From the IMG/VR virus record IMGVR_UViG_3300034068_000286, positions 22,544 to 86,543 of that record: DNA of 64,000 nt; one strand, 5' to 3'. Positions within the stretch are counted from its first letter, which is position 1. Every line of letters starts with the position of its first letter. Both the position numbers and the translations under genes were made by a program. A model generated the notes under the pieces. It was given only the letters and a program-made list of their open reading frames with translations, was not told where the DNA came from and made no database searches. Source of the stretch: a virus. Positions 57,352 to 64,000 of the stretch are shown in pieces.

Positions 57352-57867
57352 TTAGACAGTGATTTCATGCCTGGCAATTGCTTCACGCAAGGCAGTTTCA
57401 ATTAATTGATTGAATGTAATGTCCTGTTCATGAGCCAGTTTCATGTATGTTAATAATTCTTCATCACTAAAGTCAACTGGCACACTCACTCTTGTGTCAT
57501 AATCTTCTTCATTTACAATGGCAGTTAGCTTTTCAATGAAGTCTGATTCTAACTCTAAGTCTGTATATTCAACACCTTCCCACGCTTCTTTTGTGTCACT
57601 ATCTCTATGCAGGCCTTCAGCAACATGTGCTTCGTTGAAAGCTGGATTAACTAGCCTATAAGCTCTTTCCCGGGTATAATCATAGGCTGTAACTTGATAA
57701 ACTTCTTGGGTTTTGGTATCAAATACAATGCCAGCACTATGGCCATCTTGCTCGCCGTTCCAGCTATCTAATGCATAAGCATTAGGCCCAAAACAATTCC
57801 AACCATATGTGCTACCCTCAGTGATGCGATAGCCTACTGCTTCCATGAATTCTTTTAACGTTACCAT
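57352..57867 (-). CDS. Conserved phage hypothetical protein
   Basis: AAGGA RBS; C-terminal RHH-like segment. Confidence 0.75.
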   Translation of the reverse strand: MVTLKEFMEAVGYRITEGSTYGWNCFGPNAYALDSWNGEQDGHSAGIVFDTKTQEVYQVTAYDYTRERAYRLVNPAFNEAHVAEGLHRDSDTKEAWEGVEYTDLELESDFIEKLTAIVNEEDYDTRVSVPVDFSDEELLTYMKLAHEQDITFNQLIETALREAIARHEITV

Positions 57868-57886
57868 TTTAATATCCTTTGTAAAT

Positions 57887-58387
57887 TCAAGGCCGGTCTG
57901 TTGGAAACGGCCAACCAGCATTATCCGTTTTTGCTTTTTCTCTTGACTTCAGTTTAATATTTTCTTCAATCACAGTACCATCTTCTTCGCACAGGTCAAC
58001 TTGATATGGTGCAATGATATGTACTGCGGCATCTTCTTCTTGCCAATCATGTTCACCATCATAAAGCCAACCTGCACCACCTTCGTAGTAGAGTTCTTTT
58101 AATTCTTGTTGTTCTAATTCTGGAATGTCATCACTAAATTCCCATTCAATGCTACAGCTATCGTCAAACTCACAACCCCAACCTGCATCAGTTCGAGCAT
58201 AGGCAACAGGATCACCCTGCCAGGGAAGGTTGCAATCTAAATCACCTTCAACAAAGCCTTGCCCCCAACGATAGGTTTCGTCTATGTTGAACCAACTAAT
58301 AGATCCGTCTTCGTTTTCACGAAACATCTCTACGTGGTAAACAATGCTTTTCTTTTCCAATGGTTTGATTAGATATACTCGACTCAT
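57887..58387 (-). CDS. Acidic hypothetical protein (paralog of 58384..58800)
   Basis: KKS...YRWG...DG.V. Confidence 0.7.
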   Translation of the reverse strand: MSRVYLIKPLEKKSIVYHVEMFRENEDGSISWFNIDETYRWGQGFVEGDLDCNLPWQGDPVAYARTDAGWGCEFDDSCSIEWEFSDDIPELEQQELKELYYEGGAGWLYDGEHDWQEEDAAVHIIAPYQVDLCEEDGTVIEENIKLKSREKAKTDNAGWPFPTDRP

Positions 58388-58800
58388 TCTGTATCTCCTG
58401 TTCCTACTACGTTGCCATCTTCGTCAGTTAACTCCAGTGGGCCTTGTAAGATATAATCAGTATCGTCACAACTCCAACCCAAGCTTTCAAGACCTTCAAA
58501 GGAATCTTCGTCCCAGGCATTCTCAATGGCTTCTTGGTCTTCTTTGCTCATGTCTTCTGGAAATTCCCACTCAGCCCAGCAACCATCATCAAGGCTTACT
58601 AGTTCCCAATCATAATCACTGTTGCTTAGATTGTATTCTACCAAGTTATTCAAATCTAATTCAGGTTGTTGATCGCTTTCGCAGTAGAACTCACCCCAGC
58701 GATAACCTTCATATCGAATAACAGTTTGGCCATCTTTGTACCAATACTGTTTTTCAATAGCAGACTTCTTGTATAAAGTCTTGAGTGTCCAGGTTGCCAT
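58384..58800 (-). CDS. Acidic hypothetical protein
   Basis: KKS...YRWG...DG.V. Confidence 0.7.
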   Translation of the reverse strand: MATWTLKTLYKKSAIEKQYWYKDGQTVIRYEGYRWGEFYCESDQQPELDLNNLVEYNLSNSDYDWELVSLDDGCWAEWEFPEDMSKEDQEAIENAWDEDSFEGLESLGWSCDDTDYILQGPLELTDEDGNVVGTGDTE

Positions 58801-58809
58801 GTTTGTTCC

Positions 58810-59121
58810 TTAAACGTCTAAATCCATTGCGTTATATTCTTTGATTAACGCAATAAGTTCTTCTTCTGTGTTACATACAATCTTACAGTTCTTCCATTCG
58901 TTGTCAGCATCGCGGCCTCCAATATCAGCCATCCAACCGTTGTCATACCGATTGATAGTGATTGATTCATTTACTTTTGCTAGCTTACCTAGCCTATTTG
59001 CTGTTGTCATGATGTCTCCTTGTTTAACTAGTTCATCAAATTCTAACATAAGTTCCTCTAGGTCGTCAATGAGATCCTGTTCGGAAACTTTGGGTTCTTG
59101 TTTAGGTTTACGTTTTGCCAT
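58810..59121 (-). CDS. Hypothetical protein
   Basis: 103 aa; internal AGGAG-ATG suggests an alternative start near 59010. Confidence 0.6.
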   Translation of the reverse strand: MAKRKPKQEPKVSEQDLIDDLEELMLEFDELVKQGDIMTTANRLGKLAKVNESITINRYDNGWMADIGGRDADNEWKNCKIVCNTEEELIALIKEYNAMDLDV

Positions 59122-59122
59122 T

Positions 59123-59803
59123 TTAAAATTTATAAATTTCCATTGCGTATTGTGGATCAGAAAATACTGATTTTTTAACTCGAAATTCTAATCGTGTTTT
59201 GCCAATATATACTTTTGTTTCTGCAAACAGTGGATCTACCAAGGAATTTACTTTCATAGACTTCTTTGAAAAATCGCATGCCTCTTGTGTATATTGTACA
59301 CTAATATTGTCTACTTTAAAAGCCGCAATTGAACAATCAAAGGTATTTCTGTCTCGGAAGATTGCCAAAAGATAGTATTCTTTTATTGATGATACTTTCT
59401 TGAGCCATCCAGCAACAAACAGGTTCCAAAGTTCTTGTTTATTTTTATTTTTAAAATGTTCTGCCGCTGGCTCAGCGTCGGATAAAGGTTGGAACATGCT
59501 GGCTTCTGTTGTAGTAGTTTTTCCTATTTGTATACTTTTAACATCACACCCTATGTCGGTACCAATGCTAACATCTACTATGCTCTTACCTGCACCACAC
59601 CATACTCCACCTTCGATACTGTCTGCTACTGCATATTCCCACAACTCTTTGCCCATACTGGCAGGGCGTCCTTGTGCAATGTGTTTTCTTAAAGGCAAAA
59701 TAATAGTATCAATTTCAGCCTGGAAATTAGAAATGAAATCTTTTCCTAACAAATTTTTTAAATCAGCAACAGGGAGTGGAACTAAGCAATAAAGTTGAGA
59801 CAT
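59123..59803 (-). CDS. Putative PD-(D/E)xK nuclease (restriction endonuclease-like)
   Basis: WE......D.....IVDV......CDVKS motif. Confidence 0.45.
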   Translation of the reverse strand: MSQLYCLVPLPVADLKNLLGKDFISNFQAEIDTIILPLRKHIAQGRPASMGKELWEYAVADSIEGGVWCGAGKSIVDVSIGTDIGCDVKSIQIGKTTTTEASMFQPLSDAEPAAEHFKNKNKQELWNLFVAGWLKKVSSIKEYYLLAIFRDRNTFDCSIAAFKVDNISVQYTQEACDFSKKSMKVNSLVDPLFAETKVYIGKTRLEFRVKKSVFSDPQYAMEIYKF

Positions 59804-60012
59804 TAGGCCTCAGCATCTTTCTTCTTCCGTGTGCGTTTTGGCTTCTCTACTACAGTTTCTACACTAGCCAAGGCCTCACGCACATCACGAAGCAATGCGT
59901 CATCATCCCACTCCAATGTGGTCTTACCATCTGGATATGTTGTTACTGTAAGGTGACTGCCTTTGACAACCACTGCCTCGGTAACTACTGCTGTTTTTTT
60001 CTTTGTAGCCAT
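59803..60012 (-). CDS. Hypothetical protein
   Basis: 69 aa. Confidence 0.65.
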   Translation of the reverse strand: MATKKKTAVVTEAVVVKGSHLTVTTYPDGKTTLEWDDDALLRDVREALASVETVVEKPKRTRKKKDAEA

Positions 60013-60013
60013 T

Positions 60014-60250
60014 TTAATAGTCCTGTTGAATAATCATGTGCTTGCCTAGTTCAAATAGGCCAACTGCTGTAGGTAAGTCTCTTACCAAACTATGAATCTG
60101 TGGTTCCCCATCATCGCACATACTTACTGCTACAAATTCTACTATGTTGCCCTGTTCAATTTGTTTACGCATTTCGTCAAGCACTTCTAACAGTTCAGCT
60201 CGGTGGCGACGTTTTTCTTTTTCTACTGGGTCTATACTGATAACGTTCAT
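60014..60250 (-). CDS. Hypothetical protein
   Basis: 78 aa. Confidence 0.65.
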   Translation of the reverse strand: MNVISIDPVEKEKRRHRAELLEVLDEMRKQIEQGNIVEFVAVSMCDDGEPQIHSLVRDLPTAVGLFELGKHMIIQQDY

Positions 60251-60258
60251 ATCTATTC

Positions 60259-60486
60259 CTAATTAGACAACTGCATGACCATGTACTCTTCGTCAGTTAC
60301 ATGGGCAACAGGTTTGATCCATCCTGCCTTTATGGCAGTAACAATGATACTTTTATATTCTGCTGGACAGTTATTGCTGATTTCAAAGCTGGCTCGACTG
60401 GTCACTACCAGGCCGTTGCTGATTGTAAAATGCGGTTCGCCTGGGCGAATAGATTTAACATTGGATCGAGCAACGGTGTAAGTCAT
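60259..60486 (-). CDS. Hypothetical protein
   Basis: 75 aa. Confidence 0.65.
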   Translation of the reverse strand: MTYTVARSNVKSIRPGEPHFTISNGLVVTSRASFEISNNCPAEYKSIIVTAIKAGWIKPVAHVTDEEYMVMQLSN

Positions 60487-60704
60487 TCGTGGCCTTTATA
60501 GATCAGTTGATTCACCACGTTAAGATCAAACTGTAGGCTTGTGATACGATTTTTAAGTGCTTGATATTCGGCACTGGCCGTATCACCGTTGTGTGTGACA
60601 ATGTCCAGATACATTGCGGCTGCCGCTTCGTGCGCCTTTTTCAAATCTTGCTCTAATAATACTCGTCTATCTTTTAACATAGTTTTTCTCCGCAATGTGG
60701 ACAC
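60483..60704 (-). CDS. Hypothetical protein (start probably 60680)
   Basis: GGAG RBS before MLKD. Confidence 0.6.
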   Translation of the reverse strand: MSTLRRKTMLKDRRVLLEQDLKKAHEAAAAMYLDIVTHNGDTASAEYQALKNRITSLQFDLNVVNQLIYKGHE

Positions 60705-60913
60705 ATTTTGATATTAGCATTACGCATTTCTTTCAGTGTCCGGTTTAGTTTCTTGGCATCAGACAGTTGACTTTTAATCAGCTTACGATTTCGCTCACCC
60801 TTGGCCTTGCTCAATTCTTCTTTAAGGTGTAGCTTCATCTTGTTAAGCCTACCTTCAAAGATTTCAATAAAGCCAGTTATGCCCGGGCTTTTGTCTGCTG
60901 GTGTGCCATTCAT
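60674..60913 (-). CDS. Hypothetical protein with C-terminal CPHCG
   Basis: 79 aa. Confidence 0.65.
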   Translation of the reverse strand: MNGTPADKSPGITGFIEIFEGRLNKMKLHLKEELSKAKGERNRKLIKSQLSDAKKLNRTLKEMRNANIKMCPHCGEKLC

Positions 60914-61233
60914 TCTACTACTCCGAAATGTTTCTTTGCACCAGCAATCGTAAACAACTTGCTGGATGTAATTCCAGCAAATAGTGCCTGCTCATCAGCC
61001 GACAAAATTGGAACAGCACGGTCTTCAACTCCGAAATGTGTTAATATATTACCACCAATCCATTCGCACTTGTTTTCATCTGCGATATCAGCAACCTTGG
61101 CACATTCCTGCACAATCAACTCGGCGAACTCTTTCATGATCTTTTCCACTTCGGCATGATCAAGATTATGCCAAGTATAGGGTACTGCTTTGTCCAGAGC
61201 ATTTCCGTAAAGTTCTTTGATTCGTTTGTTCAT
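60910..61233 (-). CDS. MN.RI.E..FAELIV family paralog 1
   Basis: Shared motifs with two upstream ORFs. Confidence 0.75.
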   Translation of the reverse strand: MNKRIKELYGNALDKAVPYTWHNLDHAEVEKIMKEFAELIVQECAKVADIADENKCEWIGGNILTHFGVEDRAVPILSADEQALFAGITSSKLFTIAGAKKHFGVVE

Positions 61234-61415
61234 TCTTCAACTCCGAAATCTTGTTTAATCTGCTCACCGATCATGCGACCAGTCCAAGCAGGATGATCCT
61301 CACAAGTCTGTAACATTTCTTTTACAATCAACTCTGCAAAACTTTCCAAACTAACATTATGCTCATATGTCAATCGTTTTGATTGGTTAATAAGTTCTTG
61401 AATTCGTAGATTCAT
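61230..61415 (-). CDS. MN.RI.E..FAELIV family paralog 2
   Basis: Ends FGVEE. Confidence 0.75.
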   Translation of the reverse strand: MNLRIQELINQSKRLTYEHNVSLESFAELIVKEMLQTCEDHPAWTGRMIGEQIKQDFGVEE

Positions 61416-61666
61416 TCCACTACTCCAAAATGTTCTTTAATTTCGTCCCTAACTTCTTTTAACGCACTATAAGTCCATTCACACGCCATTTCACCTGCGG
61501 CACTATTGCCAACAGGAATACGATGTGTTTCAATCTTGTCAATACATTCCCGAATAATCAAATCAGCAAATCGTTTTTCAAACTCGTAATCTGATGCATA
61601 GCGTGTGATGCCATCAACAGTGATTAACCTAGCTTCAAATGCAAATTCTTTAATACGTTCGTTCAT
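61412..61666 (-). CDS. MN.RI.E..FAELIV family paralog 3
   Basis: Ends HFGVVE. Confidence 0.75.
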   Translation of the reverse strand: MNERIKEFAFEARLITVDGITRYASDYEFEKRFADLIIRECIDKIETHRIPVGNSAAGEMACEWTYSALKEVRDEIKEHFGVVE

Positions 61667-61827
61667 TCTTCTTCAAACTCTTGGGTTACCTGATGTACCA
61701 TATCGCACATACAACTATAGCATGTTGGGCAAAACGATACAGGAATCATTCCAAAGTAGCCAAGTATGCCACCTTCGTCATCAGTAAATTCACAATTACA
61801 AACACTACATTTGTTGGCGTCGTTCAT
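61663..61827 (-). CDS. Small Cys-rich protein (not in ORF track)
   Basis: MNDANKCSVCNC...FCPTC. Confidence 0.6.
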   Translation of the reverse strand: MNDANKCSVCNCEFTDDEGGILGYFGMIPVSFCPTCYSCMCDMVHQVTQEFEEE

Positions 61828-61828
61828 T

Positions 61829-62002
61829 TTAATACACTTCTTTTACAATGTCAAATTTATCAGCGGGCCATTGAGTCTTGAACTCTTCGCTCTTGACATA
61901 TTCATTGTAGCTCTTGGCTTCAAAAAATAACTTCTTAAAGACACTGACATGAGAGCCTTTTGGAAGTATTGTAAGATATATTGATTTAGCTTTGCCGCCC
62001 AT
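61829..62002 (-). CDS. Small hypothetical protein (not in ORF track)
   Basis: MGGKAKSIYLTI...KEVY; AAGGA RBS. Confidence 0.6.
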   Translation of the reverse strand: MGGKAKSIYLTILPKGSHVSVFKKLFFEAKSYNEYVKSEEFKTQWPADKFDIVKEVY

Positions 62003-62027
62003 GACTTTTCCTTGTTGTTTAATTTAG

Positions 62028-63362
62028 TTATAATTTTTCGCCTGCTTCGAATCCACGAAAACGTAAGAATCGGGGGAATCGTAAACTGTATGAGCCATCT
62101 TGATTTTGTGTGATGGCGTCTGCACGTACTTCTACGATACTGCCATTAAGAGCAGTCCTGCCGCTCCAATACTCAATACGATGCTCATCGCTAAAGCCAC
62201 TGCCCACGTTGACCCTAATCGTTTTACCATCGTCAATGCCTTCACATACAAGAGCACCGAGGCGTCCAACATTTTTTCCTGTACCTTCTTCAACATCAAT
62301 TACTCCTAAACTAACTTCAATAAATGGTTTTAATTTGAGCCATGCTACACTGCGTTTACATTCGTAGCCAGCATCGGGTTCTTTGATCATAATGCCTTCA
62401 TAACCACCATCAATGGCCTGTGCATTAATCTCTTTAAAACGTAACTTGCCTTCTGGTGTATCCAAGTCAACAAGTTCCTGTGCCAAGGCTCTAACATGAG
62501 TCAAGGTAGCTTGGTGATGCTCAACAAACTGCATGATATGCGCGGTACGGAATGTTTGTTTGGCATTCCATTTGCCTGCTTTAAAATGCACAAGTGGAAC
62601 GCAATCAAACAGATTCAATACTGCGTCATCTGCGGCCACTGCACTCTTACGATGCACCTGCTTCATCAAGTCTTGAAAACTACTTGACATTATCTCGCCG
62701 TCGAACACCCAGGGCTCCAGCAAGCCAGTCGCCACCTGTTCGAACTGCTTTTTGATGTGGCCAAAGTTCACCAGTTCCTTGCCATTGCGGCTGTACTGGT
62801 TTACCTGTCCATCCGGGTACACGACTGTTAGAATTCGAACCCCATCCAGTTTGACTTCGATTAGTTTTTTGCCACATACTTTGCTTTCATGGTTGGCACT
62901 GTCATGTGCAAGCTGACATTCAAATACAGGAATCAAATACTCAGGTTTGAGCTTCTTGACCGGTTTAAGTTTGTTGATTACCTTGTTTACGGTAACTTCA
63001 CTGATGCCACATCGCAGATCCTTTGCAAGGATACGCATGTACCAGTCGTTCCATTCGCTTTGTTTTGCAACAGACAAGCATAGTTCAATTGCAGTTTTGG
63101 CGGCATCACCTGTAAGCTCTCGTCTAGCAAGATTATCTGCTAAAGCACGGAAGGCAGTCCAGGTTAGGCCTTGACCATCTGGACCACTGTGCTTGGGGAT
63201 TTTCTTAACACCAAATGTGATCATTGGGTCAAGTGCAAGACGCACACCAGCAAAGAACACATCGTTCCCTGCAAGAGCTTCAGCTTCTATAATTGCTTCC
63301 TTCTCCAAGCGACTAGGATGTGTTTCTAGTGCATGAATAACAAAAGTTGTTTGAGCTGACAT
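62028..63362 (-). CDS. lig: ATP-dependent DNA ligase
   Basis: KLDGVR, DGE, EGIMIK, WLKLKP, VGSGF, SLRFPRF. Confidence 0.95.
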   Translation of the reverse strand: MSAQTTFVIHALETHPSRLEKEAIIEAEALAGNDVFFAGVRLALDPMITFGVKKIPKHSGPDGQGLTWTAFRALADNLARRELTGDAAKTAIELCLSVAKQSEWNDWYMRILAKDLRCGISEVTVNKVINKLKPVKKLKPEYLIPVFECQLAHDSANHESKVCGKKLIEVKLDGVRILTVVYPDGQVNQYSRNGKELVNFGHIKKQFEQVATGLLEPWVFDGEIMSSSFQDLMKQVHRKSAVAADDAVLNLFDCVPLVHFKAGKWNAKQTFRTAHIMQFVEHHQATLTHVRALAQELVDLDTPEGKLRFKEINAQAIDGGYEGIMIKEPDAGYECKRSVAWLKLKPFIEVSLGVIDVEEGTGKNVGRLGALVCEGIDDGKTIRVNVGSGFSDEHRIEYWSGRTALNGSIVEVRADAITQNQDGSYSLRFPRFLRFRGFEAGEKL

Positions 63363-63422
63363 GTGCATCCTTTAAAAATTTGTTGGGGGCTTTAGGCCTG
63401 CCCCCGATAGGCCCAAAGTCTA

Positions 63423-63713
63423 TTAAGCGGCTTTGGAAACAGGGCCAGTCTTAATAAGATCAGCCACTTTGCGCTTTGTGCGCTTGGCCAGCTCTTCGGC
63501 GATAGCAACGCCAGCATGACCAGCGATGTTCTTGGCATGCAAGAACTCCAGTGCTTCAACTTTGGAAGCAGGCTTGGCCAACTCATAAAGTTGGATGTCG
63601 GTATGACCGGTCTTAACCAAGGTCTTGATACGTGTCATATCAGTTGCGAAACGGGCCTTTGTTTTGCCATCTTTAGTAGAATAGCCAGCCACGGTAAAAA
63701 GTTTATCAGACAT
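63423..63713 (-). CDS. Hypothetical early protein, paralog of 12033..12260
   Basis: KLFTVAGYST..GK..R; AGGAG RBS. Confidence 0.75.
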   Translation of the reverse strand: MSDKLFTVAGYSTKDGKTKARFATDMTRIKTLVKTGHTDIQLYELAKPASKVEALEFLHAKNIAGHAGVAIAEELAKRTKRKVADLIKTGPVSKAA

Positions 63714-63790
63714 AATATCTCCTGTGAGTGTGTCTTAGTTTAGCAAGAAAACCGCTTGCTGTCGGGCATGAACTTCTTGTCCATGTTCTT

Positions 63791-63819
63791 ATTATACCAC
63801 AAAGTGTTCGAAAAGTCAA
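63791..63819 (-). promoter_or_regulatory. Sigma70 early promoter
   Basis: TTGACT-N17-TATAAT. Confidence 0.75.
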
Positions 63820-64000
63820 CCACTTTCTGGCAAAATCTAAAATTATTTTTCATCTTGGTCCAATAGGTCCAGATCCTGTTTGGTTCCATTCTTAGCAGGA
63901 TCAAATGTCATAACAGCACTATAAAGGGTCTGGGCAATCTTGACATTGTTCTCTGGACTAAAGTGGTTTCTAAATGTAACTGGATGAATACCATGTACGG

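Noticed and set aside
60910-61666. Diversity-generating retroelement TR/VR pair
   Set aside because: No reverse transcriptase in the window; differences are not adenine-specific.
1-64000. Stop-codon reassignment as in some jumbo phages
   Set aside because: Recognisable genes are full length in the standard code, and TAA, TAG and TGA all occur as stops.

Overview
This 64 kb window is part of a large lytic dsDNA phage genome (jumbo/T4-like myovirus type). It is AT-rich, almost all genes are on the minus strand, and it uses the standard genetic code. No tRNA, rRNA, CRISPR array, integrase or capsid genes were recognised. It contains: (i) short hypothetical ORFs behind near-consensus sigma70 promoters, several with a conserved GTTG-N8-CAAC palindrome; (ii) host-type auxiliary genes (groES, erpA/iscA, queD, queC-like, dCMP deaminase, apt, MTA/SAH nucleosidase, clpS, clpX, hsp20, ribosomal protein bS21, TraR-like, Bax-inhibitor-1, DNA ligase, a DnaE fragment); (iii) many modification enzymes (7 radical-SAM proteins, about 8 2OG-Fe(II) oxygenases, a carbamoyltransferase, an amidinotransferase, a methyltransferase); (iv) a terminator-insulated module at 14.1-19.7 kb with a LuxR-type regulator, two matching operator-like sites, a Gly/Gln-rich coiled-coil protein, five small fibre/BclA-like domain proteins and a papain-like protease. 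Candidate RNA elements are a ROSE-like thermometer before hsp20, a riboswitch-like leader before queD, a three-way junction RNA and a possible pseudoknot before the ligase. Many genes appear to be leaderless. All family assignments come from motif recognition by eye, without database searches.
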